From the human T2T-CHM13v2.0 reference genome, Homo sapiens, in assembly GCF_009914755.1 (NCBI RefSeq), contig NC_060925.1: a stretch of 64,000 nt of DNA. One strand, 5' to 3'. The notes under the pieces were generated by a model. It made no database searches, was not told the origin of the DNA, and was given only the letters and a program-made list of their open reading frames with translations. Shown piece after piece: positions 28,149 through 41,830 of the stretch; position 1 is the stretch's first letter, and every line of letters begins with the position of its first letter. The position numbers and the translations under genes are program-made.

Positions 28149-30444
28149 CATACATTCTACTACACCACATTTCCCAAAGCTAGATGTAAGCACAAGGACA
28201 GGATTAATGTCACCTAGGTGGAAATTTTCAGCACTCACATGCCCCTGCCTAATACTTAGGGAAAGAAAACATCAATGAAGAGAGCCCTATTTTCCAGAAG
28301 TGCCAGTGCCAAAGAGTAATAAAAAGGAAGGTGTTTTAGTTATAAATATTTCTCCATGTCCCCAAGGACCATGATAGCTTAGGAGTTGGAAATATCTTAA
28401 CTTAAATCTTAAAATACTGCATGTGTTCCAGTTTGGAAATGTTTCCTCAGCTGTACTGATAGCTGTTTGTTTTTTTTAGGAGATAATAACCACCATGAAT
28501 TCTCTATCAGAGGGAATTTTAGCTAGCTGATGTTTCTTAACACCAATCCTTGTAAAGTTAACATTTTTTTTTCTACAGACCACTCATTATAGAAGGGCTG
28601 GAAACTCCAAAAGTCTTTTTCTTTTACTGTATTTTCAGTATTCCTCTCAAAGTGAAAATTAATTAGTGAGAACTGTCTGGACCCTTCCCCTTTCCATTTT
28701 TCATTTTAATTGTTGGTAAGATAGTTGTAGGCACTTACCCATCATCTGTCTTTTCGCAGGCTTTTTTGTATTATCCTTTTGGATTCCTTAGCCCTTTTTC
28801 TCCTCTTCTTCCTTACATTCCTCCTACTAGCACTATTTTGTCTTCTTTTTAAAATAATGAAAATAGATAAACGATGCAAGTTGTCTCCATTTTAAATTAA
28901 CTTTTACTGTAATCTGCTATCCAAAATGAAATTTTCATGATTCAGTCTTTATAATTAAAGAGTATCACAAACATTGTGGGATTCAATAAATATTAATTGT
29001 TTATTATGATTATAGCCCATGATAGCACTTCATATACATAAGCATGTACTTAAAAATGTAATCTTTATTTTAAAAATTTTTGGCATACTGGGATCCAGAG
29101 TTAGCATAAAAGAACATAGTCCTGGTTTACAGATTCTTTTTATTTACTTCTTTTTTTTTTAATGTCCCTAGGCCTGAGGCATCTTAGGACATAACTTAAA
29201 AGCCTGTATTCAAAAAGGCTCCTATATGGCATATTAAATTCTTCCGCTGCATTGGAATAATCTACAGTCCTCTCCAGTTTTAGTCTTTTCCTGTTACCAG
29301 AGCAGTCAGGAATATTCTTACATAAATTAATATGAATATCTTAACATATCAACTCATATCTAATTCCAAAATATTTGCCTTAGAAAATTTTGTTCTGTCT
29401 TCTGCTTGTGAATTGTTGGTATTTGGTAAAATTTATGAGCTAATCAAATATTTTGGCACCAAAGATGTCACTGTGGTCATCCATCAGGTAAAATACTAAC
29501 AGATTAACCAATAGCAACTCTGTACAAACTCACAATATCAACAAAGGGTAAAAGCTAAATGATCTAAGGCATTGAAAATACCGCAAAACATTGGAGAACA
29601 TAAATAAGTTAGAGGATGTGATGACAGACATCTGTTATGTTACCTAATTTTAAACATCTTTTAGAAAAAAAAAGAATAGTTTTAACTACAAATTTCATAA
29701 ATGTTAATGGAACTGGAATTGATCACTCAATTTTTAAATTTGCTCAACCCTAACATGCAGACTTTTTGGGGACTCCGTTGTTTTTCTGTAATGGGCATCA
29801 CAGTTTGAATTGTAAGGATGCTCTACAAGGTTGTATATCACCTTACTGGCTAGTATTATAATGTTTATTCTATTATGAAACCTATAAAATTATATGTAAT
29901 ATGCATAAATTAAAATATAATGTTCATCTTAGATACCATTATGAGTGTATATTGTAAGAAGCATATTTTTGTTTATACTACTTCTAAAATTATAATCCAT
30001 TCACACAAACAGAATTTAGAGAAGCATTTTAGTAAAATGCCAACGAAGATAAAAATTGCATCTTTTACCATTTGGTGACAGTAAAATGTGACCTCAGGTT
30101 TCCTAAAATTTCTTTCTGCATTCTGAAATACTGTTAAGAATTGCCTCAAGTGAGATTTTTCTTCTCATTTTTAGCTACAAAGAGCAATTTGAGTCCTGAA
30201 TCGGAAATATTTCTGAACTTAATGCAAATGTTTTTCTTGTGAGAGCACTCATCATAAGTATATAACAATTATGCATATATTAAAACGTTCAGATATCCAT
30301 ATTAATTTTGTACTGAAAGCTTATGTTCTTGACAGAGATCATTCATATAGTCACACTGAAAGTCTTATTCTTTGTTAAGGAGGGTACATGGAAAATATGA
30401 AAATTTCATTCTATAAGAGAAGATAGAAAGAAATTATGATTATA

Positions 30445-30760
30445 TTTGTTTATAATAGATGAATTATTATATTATTATACATTATTATAATTATACAATA
30501 TATACTATTTTATATATAATAATGTATTATTTATTATATATAATATATACAATATACAATATACAATATACAATATATATTATAATGTATATATATAATG
30601 TATATATGTATATAATGTGTATATATAATGTATATAATGTATATATATAATGTATATAATGTATATAATATATAATGTATATAATAATTATATACAGTAT
30701 TATATATAATAATGTATTATATATAATATTATATTATAATAATTATGTCATTCATTATAT
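30445..30760. repeat. TA-rich low-complexity tandem array (TATAATG/TATACAA units)
   Basis: Directly visible. Confidence 0.95.
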
Positions 30761-31185
30761 ATTCAGTGTCTCAGACAAAGTAGATATTCAATAAATAATT
30801 TTTAATCAATAAATAAAATGCCCAAATAGATATTGATCATCCAATGTGTCCAATAGATCTTTTTCAAAGTGTATTTAGGAGAAATTTTTTTTCAGAGACT
30901 TTTAATATTTTATATAAAAAAGAGCTTTGTGGTCACTAAAATGCAGAACATATATTTATTAAAATACAACAAATAGGCTTATTTTATCGTAGAATTTATA
31001 GTAGAACTTGCAATATGCCAATGTAGTCTTTTCAATATCTTAGAGAGATGCTATAATATATATACACATATTTATATATGTAAAATTATGTTTTTCAAAA
31101 CTTACTTTTAGAAAATTTTTTTTCAACTACTTACTGATATGATTAGAGTCCCACAGAATATACTTTAGGAAACACTGGTTTATTT

Positions 31186-31220
31186 TTATATATATATATA
31201 AATATAAAAAATATATATAA

Positions 31221-31261
<41 letters not shown>
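31186..31261. repeat. Interrupted (TA)n microsatellite with a pure run of about (TA)17 at 31227-31260
   Basis: Directly visible. Confidence 0.97.
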
Positions 31262-31263
<2 letters not shown>

Positions 31264-31839
31264 GCAGTTTAATAATTTGGTCAAGTTCTTAGGAAACCAG
31301 ATTAAAATGCAACCTGAGGCTTATTTGTATTAATATTATAATTTAACTAAGAGTAATCAGTGATTTCAAGAAGATATTACAAATTCTAAGTGTAGAAATT
31401 ACGTAAACTAATAACAAATAAAATCATATTACTTTCTTCCTGGAAAAAAGTCAGCAAAAGAGAAATCCCTTAATCTAATAAATATTATAATTTTGATTGT
31501 GGTGAGTCATGAATGAAAGCTAATTTGGGATAGTTAGAGAATGCAATTCTACTTATTCAAATAACTTTTATATTGCTACAATTTTAAGGGTTCTTATTTC
31601 CCTAAACTTAATGTAAATTAAATTTACATTAGAAAATTAATTCTCACAAAATTAAATTAATGTTTTGTACATATAAGAAAGTTTTATGATTAAAATTATT
31701 ATTCAGTTTTTCTCTTAAAGCTCATTGTTTAACATTAATTGAATTTGGAAAAATGTCCATGGTACTAATGTAGGATTCTTTAAAAAACAAGAAATGTGAA
31801 CTTAAGATGAAGCTAGTTTTAAATATATGTCAGAAATAT

Positions 31840-31975
31840 GATTATTCATTTATTCAGAAGTATTTATGGAGTGCTTAAGTTAAGCTGGTCTCTGTTCTTC
31901 TAAGTGCTGTCGTAGAGAACAAAACTGGTCTCTTGTTCCCATAGAGAGTGCTTTCTAGTGGAAGAGACAGACAAC
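31840..31975 (-). mobile_element. L2 3' end
   Basis: attcatttattcagaagtatttatggagtgctt...ttctagtggaagagacagac. Confidence 0.7.
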
Positions 31976-31978
31976 ACC

Positions 31979-32180
31979 ATATTAAATAAATATATGTATT
32001 TATTTAAAATTATATTAAATAATGTATTTATTTAAAATTATATTAAATAAATATATGTATTTATTTAAAATTATATTAAATTTAAATATATATTTATTTA
32101 CAATTATATATTACATTTTAATATATTTATTTAAAACTATATTACATTTTAATATATTTAAAATTATGCATTAAAATTAT
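31979..32180. repeat. AT-only minisatellite, unit of about 30-33 bp (atattaaataaatatatgtatttatttaaaatt), about 6 degenerate copies
   Basis: Directly visible tandem copies. Confidence 0.9.
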
Positions 32181-33499
32181 ATAATAGTTACAAATGTTAA
32201 GATGAAATAAAAGAGGAAAGAGATTTAGAAAGTATTTGAAGAGAGAGGGTCCCCTTTTTATCCTCATAGGAAGGTTTAAAATTATAATAATACCCTCTAA
32301 ATGCATTAATTAGCCTGAGTGCACATGAGGACTTTCAAAATGATTTCACTGAATAAATGCAAGATGAAAACACTGAAGCATAAAAGTTTCATTACCCAGG
32401 AAATCTTATTAGAAAATAAGAAAACATGCATTTTAACACAAGAAAAAATAAATTAGATTTAAAGATACCTATGGGAATTAGAATCTGTAAATGTTTATAG
32501 TTTATTTTGAAGGTTAAAATACAGTGTGCTGCCAATAAAATGGACACATAAATGGGAACTTCATAATGACTATAAAAGTGAATTATGATGGCATAGATGG
32601 AGGAATAAAGGTTGTAAGTTTCTCAACAAAGTTTCAAATTGATAGTCAAATATTTTTAGTATTTTTCTCTCAAATATATTTCAAAATACTATGAAATTCC
32701 AGATTTTAATTATGAAAGCAAAAGCAAAAACTTTTGCTTGTCTCAGATGGAGATACCTGCCCTTTATTTTATTTTCTTAAACCATGGAATATTTGGATAA
32801 AGCAATCTTAGAAGAATTCACATAGTGTCATTTCCTTTAGGTCATAATTTTTGTAGAAGCATATCCATATTGCACACACTTATTTTCATATCCTGGACCT
32901 TTGATTTTTGGCTTTGGATTGTCATATTAGCTCTTCCATCTAGCTTTTTATATAGAAAACTTTTCCAAGACTTTTGTTTTGCAAATGAAGAAAAGTAGAT
33001 CTCACCCTTCCTTCTTTCTTATCCTAACAGTAGAAATTCTCCAATATTTATTCCTTGATTTCCTTCTTTCTTTACTATTTCTATTATCTCGGTCTCTCTG
33101 TCCCTGTTTCTGCCTCTCTGCCTCCCTCTCTCCTTCCCCCTCTCCCTTCCTCTCTCCCTCTGTTCTCTCTCCAATCTTATTTATTCTGAAGACTTTAATA
33201 ATCTCATGGATACCACATATGTGGACATATTTCAGAGACATGGTGTGTCATACAAAAAGAGAAAAGTGAAATGAATTCAAATAGTATATTAAGGTCAGAG
33301 TGACCATTTGGAAAAGAAAAATTAGAATGGTATTGGGCGAGATTCTAAATTTCATGGCTATATTGACCTTTTAGAAATAGACATAGGGAGGAGAAGAAAG
33401 ATGGAAAATTTAAAATTATAAGGGGGAATTATACTTTTTTTCTTTCACAACCACACTCATTAGTAAATAAATTGTATTTTTGGATATGGCTTGGATGTT

Positions 33500-33900
33500 G
33501 CTGCAAGTTGTATTTCCTCAGTAGCAGATTCTGAAATAGACATTAGTATTTAGAATACTTATAGGGAGAGGAACGAAGCAGGATTGAGCAGAGGGACAAG
33601 GTGAAGTGTTAATGTAGTCTCAAAGAAGGTTACAATGTATCTAATCAGGAGCTCTCAAACTATGATTATCTCAGTTGGGATGAGGCAATTGGACCTTTTG
33701 ACGTCAACATCTGTTATTGGATGAGGGTTGCCCTGGGAAGAGATGTGAGTTTGGGTGAGGCAGCTTCTTTTAGTTGAGACAATCCCCAAAGAAGGTTGAC
33801 AGTTGAGGGCCATATTTCTCCAGGAATCCCAGGAACTGGGAGGGTAATTCCTTTTTACCCGAAGGGCTAACTGGACAGTTTATCTCAGCATCCATTACCA
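33500..33900 (-). mobile_element. ERVL LTR (LTR16-like), the 3' LTR of a partial provirus
   Basis: The minus strand starts TGGTAATGGATGCTGAG, directly preceded by the polypurine tract CAAAGGGTGGG. Confidence 0.75.
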
Positions 33901-36370
33901 CCCACCCTTTGTGCTGCTCTTCATAGAAATTTTGGAAAAACGCTCCAGTGTTTCCAATGGACTTTTTTTTCCAGAAGAGACTTAGGAATGGAAAGCTGGT
34001 GGGATGAATTTACAGCAAAGGCTGTTTGAAAGCCAGAACTGATAATCATTGTTTCTCTTCTCTGGCCAGTCCTGTTCACCCCCACTGTCACTTAGCGCCT
34101 CTAGTGGTCATTTTGGCTCACCTGTTTGTATGATTCAAACCCTTAATCCTCAGGTATTTCAGTCCACACATACAGTGCCTTTCTCAGGCCAGAGTTGGTC
34201 CTTTTGTTCATTAACTGTCAAAAGTGGACAAAAGAGTACTCAGAGGAACATAAGTGGATGGATAACCTGGACATCAAGATTTTCCCTCTCTGCTCCCACT
34301 GCATCACAGCAGCCCTATCACCTTCTGGTAGTCTGGATTCCTTACAATTACAAAGATGGTGAATCCCCTTCTTCTCTATTGTTCTTTTAGAACAGGAATG
34401 CAAAATGCCTAGGTGGAAGCTGTAGCTACCATTGATTGAAACTCTTGCTGTATCCCCTGGCAGAAGGGTTCCCCCTTTGAGAACCAAGACCTGGTCACCT
34501 ACACTGCAGAGCCCAGACTTGTAGAAACAATAAGTACAATCACCCAAAGTAGTACACTGGGATGATGGTAAGCACAACTATCCTTATTTCCACCACTTGG
34601 ATTCCAGACCCACATATTTTACATATTAAAGTCCCAGCACTATAAAAATAAATAGTATTGATTTAAGCTATTTTGTATGCCTTACATTATTGTTCCTGGA
34701 AAAGTACAAAGGATCACATTGTCCAAACCAGACTAATAAAAATCCAAAATATACCTAGTGCTGAAGTTTATAGATGATTACAATAATACAAGGATCAGGC
34801 ACAATGTGGAGAAGTGCAGTACTGGGACCTACTGCCAGTGCTGCTCCCCAGACCTTTCCTTGCTGCATTAGTACCCGCACTGATGTAACATGCAGTTTCC
34901 AAGTAATGCATACAGAACATAATTAGATAGGAGCTATTTTATTCACTAACTCCATGACCAAAGTATGCATTTTATACTTTGATAATTACATAGCTTATAT
35001 GGCATTGTCCAGAGTGCTACTCCATAAATCCAAATATCCTAATTTTAATTGCAATAAGCAACGCGGATAGGTCAGGTATGTCTGGCTGAAAGTATCTTAT
35101 AGGTAAGAACTCTATCTCTAGAGTTCATAATATATGGAGGAATTTCATTAGCCTCTATAGAAAAGCTTTTAATTAGGCCATATTTTCCTTTTTAATGACA
35201 AAAGAGAGAATAGATTGCAGGTCTGCTAATAATATATATATTTTTTCTCTAGAATCCTCTTTATTTGTTCTTTACCTTAGAGGAGATGTACCTTTTACCC
35301 AAGATCACCAGATCTTTAAATTTACACTTATGTAGTAGACCCCTCAATTATCATATGCTTATCTTAAACTCTTTGGAGCACGTGTAACTAAGGAAGCATC
35401 TAATTTGCTGGCTAGTTCCTACTCATCTACTTTGGTTGATATGATGCCACTCATACAGTAATTTAGTAGGATAATCTGTGGGATTACAGTAGACTGAATG
35501 GTAGTCACAAAGGCATGTCAACATCCTAATGCCTAGAACCAGTAAATATTACTTTATATGGCAAAAGAGTGAAAGTTGACTAATGAACTCACATGGTAAG
35601 TATAATATTATATATAATAATACTAACTTACATGGCAAAATATATGATTAAGAATATTTAGATGAGAGATTTATATTGGATTGTTTGGTGGACCCTAAAT
35701 ATAATCACATGCATCCTTATAAGAGAGGGGCAGAAGCATATCAGACAGAACAGAAAGCAGATTTGACAGGACAGGTAATCTGAAGATGGAGCAGAGAAAG
35801 AGATGTGGCCGCAAGCTGAAGACTGCCAACAGCCACAAGAAGCTGGAAGAGTCAAGAGGCAGATTCTTCACTACTCCCCTCCTTTCAGAGGAGTGTGTTC
35901 TTGCTACATCCTGATTTCAAACTCCTGGCATCCAGAGCTAAGAGAGAATCCATTTCTGTTGTTTAAGCCACCATGTTTGTAATAATTTATTACAGCAGCC
36001 ACAGAAAGAGAATGCAGGGATATCCGTGTAGTCCAGATCTCCTCAGACTACATTATGACAGAAGACGGGAGAGTTAATATAGCCTCATGAATCATGCCAA
36101 AACTAAATGGATAATGTCTTTTATTCTAATTGCATGCACACCATTACTAATATTCTTTTCTTATAAGGATAAAAATAATGAGTTTTTTTTTTTTTAAGCT
36201 CAATAGCTATATAATGTATTGAGCTGTTCTAGCAAAGATGCCACTGGTGGCTACAATCGTTGCTACTTCTTATTCCAGTGCTGTAGTTCACTGACATCCT
36301 CCAGGGACATTTTAGTTATTGTATGAGGTAGAGAGGTGAATTCTGTGAACATGCAGAGACAATTTCCCTG
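33901..36370 (-). pseudogene. Degenerate ERV-L (HERV16/ERV3-16-like) internal region: RT, deleted RNase H/integrase, dUTPase
   Basis: Minus-strand peptides: GYINSPVFCHNVV*GDLDY at about 36025-36085 (ERV-L RT QGYINSP motif); LCSVGDQVLVLKGGTLLPGDTARV, LQLPPRHF and NPDY at about 34320-34520 (ERV-L dUTPase). Confidence 0.85.
35485..36016 (+). mobile_element. MLT1D-like MaLR solo LTR inserted into the ERV-L RT
   Basis: MLT1 hallmarks (catccttataagagaggggcaga; catttctgttgtttaagccacc); perfect 5-bp TSD GGGAT (35480-35484 and 36017-36021). Confidence 0.9.
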
Positions 36371-36414
36371 AAGTAGAATGTTAGGTTTTTTTAAAAAAAT
36401 ACATTTTAAATATA

Positions 36415-36731
36415 TTTTACTTTATTTATTTGTTTAATTATTTATTTTGACATAGGGTCTCACTCTGTCAGGCCAGAGTACAGTGGCACCATCATAGCTC
36501 ACGGTAACCTTGAACTCCTGGTCTCAAAGTGATCCTCCTGCCTCAGCCTCCAGACTAACTAGGAGGCACAAGTCACCATGCCAGACTATTGTTTTGTTTT
36601 TTTCATTTTTTGTAGACACAGGGGTCTCACTATATTGTCCAGGTTGGTCTCTAACTCCTGGTTTCAAGTGATGCTCCCATCTTTCCCTCCCAAAGTGCTG
36701 GGATTACAGATGTGTGCCACCATGCCTGGTC
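36415..36731 (-). mobile_element. AluJ
   Basis: Reverse-complement dimeric Alu (gggtctcactctgtc..atcatagctcac..cccaaagtgctgggattaca); TSD-like taaa(t/g)atatttta. Confidence 0.92.
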
Positions 36732-39124
36732 ATAAAGATATTTTAGAAGAGTTGTAAATTTAAGAAAAAATTGAGGAGTTGGTGGGTTTTGACACATGCA
36801 TAATGTCATGTATACCATGACACTGTCAAACAAATGCTTGCACTGCCCTAAAATCCTTCCATGTATTGGGTATTTAATCCTAGACCACTAGCAATCATTG
36901 ATATTTTTACTGTCTCAAATACCCTCTCACTCAGTTTTCCCTATTAATATCTTACATTAGTATAATACAATTGTCACAAAGAATAAACCAAAATCAATAC
37001 ATTATTGTTGATAAAAGTATACAATTTATTTTTATTTCTTTAGTTTTTATGTAAAGTCTTTCTACTTAAAAAGATCTAAGATCTTATCCAGGATCTGACA
37101 CTTATCATGTCTCTTTAAACTCCTTTTAGCTGTTTCTCTTAAACTTTCCTTGTTTTTGAGGACCTTGAAAAATTTTGATGACCAAGGATTTTGTGAGATA
37201 CCCTCTCTTGAGATCTGTCTGGTGTTTTCTCATGATAAGATTGATGTTGTGGGTTTGTGGAAGAAGACCCATGACTAAGATACCATTTTTTATCCCATTA
37301 TATCAAAGAGCTATACCAGCAACATGATTTATCACTGTTTATATTGATATTGGTCATCTGGCTGAGGTAGCGTTGTCAGATTTTCTCATGTAAACTTCAT
37401 CTTTTGCTCCCTTTCCATTGTATATGCTTTAGAAAGAATTACTATGCACATCCTACACTTAAAAAATTTAGATTTATGCTTCTTGTTTTTCAGGATATGG
37501 TGTCTATATCAACTACTTGAAATTTTTCTGCAAGAGATATTTGTCTCTTATTCCTCATTTATTTAATAAGTTTGTGTTTTATTATGCCTTTATAGATATA
37601 TATTTTATATTATAATCAAATATTAATTTAATTGTTGTGGATTTTTTTCCTCAAATTGTACTGGCTTTGGCTATTGGGAGCCCTTTCTATTGGCCCCTGT
37701 GTGCCTCTGACTTCTGACATATCCACAATAATGCAAGCTTTCTTGTTTTTTTTTTTTTTGAGACCATATTTACTTTCTGGCCCTACAACATGTTCCGGTG
37801 TCATCTTATATATTTCCTCCCTTAGTCTAGAATCAACCATTTCTCCAAGGATCCCTTGTTGCTTCCATTCAAAAATGGTAGTGGAAACTAGGATATGGGT
37901 GCTAGGATTGTTACGGGAGTATCATTGCTTCTAGGCATTTTCATCTGACACAGCAAGAAAATACATTGCATGTGTATTAATTCATGCATCGATTCTTATC
38001 TATAAATGTTTCTATATGTAGTCAGCACCTATATTAGTCCAAGCAAGCGTTCATGCTGATGTCTCCAGCTCTAATATATCACCACATGGATCATTCTAGC
38101 CTCCTCCCTCTGCTTATCTGTAAATTCCAGCTCAAACAGTGAAAAACCTGGCTCCCAGTATCTGCCAGTCATTTACTTAATTTTTCAATTCCAGTATACA
38201 TGTAAAACAATATAAGAATTAATAAGCTGTACTCTTGTGGGAAGAAACTTTATCAACTGGAATACAGGCTTATGTGTAGGTCTTTTTTACTTCAGTCTTA
38301 CGTATTCTATGTATTACCAAAGTTGTTTAGGTCAGCACTTTTCCCCCAATTCACTTTACTGAGTTTGTTTACATACCTGTAATACAGTAAGGTTTTCATG
38401 TCATATGGAACATCTCTTCCTGGGATCCCCGACCTCCTATATTATTTTAAAATTTTGCATAAAGTTAATTTTTTTGTAGTGTAAATTGTATGAGTTTTGA
38501 TACATGCATAATGTCATACATACATTATTAGAATATAAAATAGTTTCAGTGCCCTAAAAATCTCCTGTTTTGCCTATTTAACCCTAAACCACTAGCAAGC
38601 ACTAATCTTTTTACTACCTCTATAGTTTGGCCTTTTCTATAATCTTATATAATTAAAATTATATAGTATATGATATTTTCAGAGTGATTTTTTTTTCACT
38701 CAGAAATATGCATTTAGGATTCCTGCATGTTTTTGTGAGTTAATAGCCCATTTATTTTTATCGATGAAGAGTACTCCACTGTATGGATGTATATTCATTC
38801 TTCTACTGAAGGACATTTCTCTTGCTTTAAGATTTTTTCAGTATATTGTATTTTTTAGAGAAGTTTTAGGCACAAAACAAAATTGGATGGAAAATACAGA
38901 GATTTCCTCTATGTCTCTTGTCCCACACATGCATAGCCACCCCCATTTTTATATCCCCCAAAAGATATTTGTTTTAATTGATGAACCTACGTTGACACAA
39001 CTTTGTTATCCAAAGACCATAATTTCCATTAAGGTTCATTCTCGGTGTTGTACATTTTATGGGTTTGAACAAATGTATAGTGACATCTATTCATAATTAT
39101 ACTATCATATAGGCTATTTTCACT

Positions 39125-39175
39125 GTCTTGGCCTCCTAAAGTGCTGGGATTACAGGTGTGAGCCACCGCCCTACC
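39125..39175 (-). mobile_element. Alu 5' stub (about 50 nt)
   Basis: cttggcctcctaaagtgctgggattacaggtgtgagccaccgcc. Confidence 0.9.
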
Positions 39176-39969
39176 TATGGTTGATTCTTTGGCATTTCCT
39201 ACATAGAATCATGTCATCTTTGAACTGTTCTGAGGCAGTTTAGTTATTCCTTCCAATCTGTATACATGTTATTTCTTTTTTGTGTTTTATCACATTAGCT
39301 AGGACTTCGATCTTAAGTGGGAAAGCTTCTAGTTTCTCACCATTAAGTATGACGTTAGATGCAAGTTTTACATAGATAATCTTGAATAAATTGTGGGTGT
39401 TGTGCTCTCTATTTTTAGTTTACTGGGAGCTTTTTTTTTATTTAATTATGAATGAGTGTTGGATTTTGTCAATATTTTCTGCATGTATTGTTATGATCAT
39501 ATGATTTTACTTCTTTAGCCTGTTGATATGATAGATTACATTCTGATGTTAAACCAGACTAGCATTATTGGGGATAAATCCCACTTTGTTGTGATATTTT
39601 AACTTCAGTTTTTCGCAATTATCAACAAAGGAGCTATAGACATTCACATGCAGATTTTTGTGTGGCCATACACTTCAAATCAGTTGGGTAAATATCTAGG
39701 TGCTCAACTGACAAACTGAGTGATTGGAATATGTTAACTTTCTAAATTACTATCAAACCATTCTACAAAGTGGCTATACAAGTTTCCTTTCACAGAAACA
39801 GCGAATGAGAGTTCCTGTTGCTCTACATCCTTTCCAGCATTTGGTATTGTAAACAGTTTTGGATTTTACCCATTCTAATGGTATGCAGTGGTATTACATT
39901 GTTGCTTTCTTTTTGCAATTTCCTATGTTGAACATCCTTTCATATGCTTGGATGCCTTTTGTATCTCTA

Positions 39970-40293
<324 letters not shown>

Positions 40294-40699
40294 TGTACCT
40301 CTTAATTGGTGATGTGTCTGTTAGATATTTGTCCATATTTAATTGGGTTATTTTTGTAAAAATTTAAGGGTGCTTTGCATATTTTGGATTGAAGTTCTCT
40401 ATTTTACATGTGTTTTCCAAATATTTGTTATTGCCTGTGACTTTTTATTCTATTAACAATGTTTCTCACAGTGCAAATGTTTTTTTTAATTTTAATAAAT
40501 TCTAACAATTTTTTTTCATGGACAGAGCTTTTGGTGTCATATCTAAAAAATCACTACCAAAACAAAATAAATTATCTTTTAATAAATCAATACCCTACAT
40601 TTTACCACATTTTAATCCACATCCTTCAGCCAGATCTTAAGCTGGAAGGCTGTTTGGAATATAGTTTTATTACCAGTTCAGCCTGAGAGTAAAAGTAGG

Positions 40700-40915
40700 A
40701 GAGGTATTACCTAGGTTTAACCTTCATCCTCCAGTTACTACCTGTGAAATCTTAGGCAAATTACTTTACCTTTCTGTGTTTCAATTTCCTTATCTGAAAT
40801 ATATTGATGACAATAGCATCTACTTCAAAGAGCTGCTGTAAGTCACAAATAAGTTAATACATACAAACTGCCACAAGTCTCAGAATGTCGGAAGTGTTTA
40901 ATACATGTGAGCTAT
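40700..40915 (+). mobile_element. MIR
   Basis: ttactacctgtgaaatcttaggcaaattactttacctttctgtgtttcaatttccttatctg. Confidence 0.8.
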
Positions 40916-41559
40916 TATATTCACTATTGTAGCTATTTTATTATATTTATTATTAGGAGTATTATCACTGTAAATATTAGTGTTTTTATTCTGTTATTTA
41001 TTTTTTCCCCTTCTGTTTTGGCTTGATGAACCTGAGTTAAGTTTATGGTTATGCACCGTTTCTATAACCAGTTTTCAATTATTCCACCAAGATTTTTACT
41101 TTCTTGTTTTTCAATGACTTGGTATCTCCTTAGAAATGGAAGTGGTGGCTTTTCTTAGTCTGGTCCCATCTGCATTTTCAAGCACTAATTTCTCAGTTCC
41201 TGCTATTTTAATAGCATTCTTCCTTAGCTTCCGGTGTTGGAATTTTTCCCAAGTTTTGACAGATTTAATTTACCCATGATCTGTCACCCAGAAGTCAGTT
41301 AAATGCATTCAAAAATCAGTTTTAACTTTTCTGGTAGTAGAACAATAATAATAATAATAAACATTGTACACATATCCTTTGCATTTATACTGATAATTGT
41401 TTAATGACTTAATTCTCACCTTTACCTTTTATGTGGCATATGTATTTATTTAGATATTTTAATTACATTTGTTAATTTATTGTCCCATTAGTATCTTTGT
41501 TTCATATCTACTTTAATGTTAGAGGAATATAGAGGTGGCATGTATTGAAGATAACAGAT

Positions 41560-41830
41560 TAATTACCTATTCAAGGCATGTTATAGAACATTTCTATATC
41601 AAGGTATATTGCTAGGCAATTATCTGGTGAACAAAATGATTTGCTTCTTTGCTCTATGAAACTGGTTTTCTAATGGGGAAAACAGGTATTAGGTACAGGA
41701 GCAAATAAATACATTTACACTTATAAGTAAGTTTTACAAAGAAAACAACGGGTGCTAGAAATGGAAAATAATATAAGAATTAAGTGAGGGCACCTGCATA
41801 TATGGGATACTCAAGAAAGAATCTCTTTAG
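41560..41830 (-). mobile_element. L2 3' fragment
   Basis: attcaaggcatgttatagaacatttctatatcaaggtatattgctaggc..ttctaatggggaaaacag. Confidence 0.55.

Noticed and set aside
30445-32180. Repeat arrays as CRISPR-like structures
   Set aside because: Eukaryotic AT-only tandem repeats with no unique spacers and no cas genes.
34218-34577. ORF as a domesticated dUTPase
   Set aside because: Only the N-terminal part is in frame; downstream motifs are frameshifted and contain stops.
36783-39125. Similar segments at about 36783, 38490 and 39060 as a local duplication
   Set aside because: Better explained by homologous 3'UTR motifs of separate nested L1MC/MD copies.
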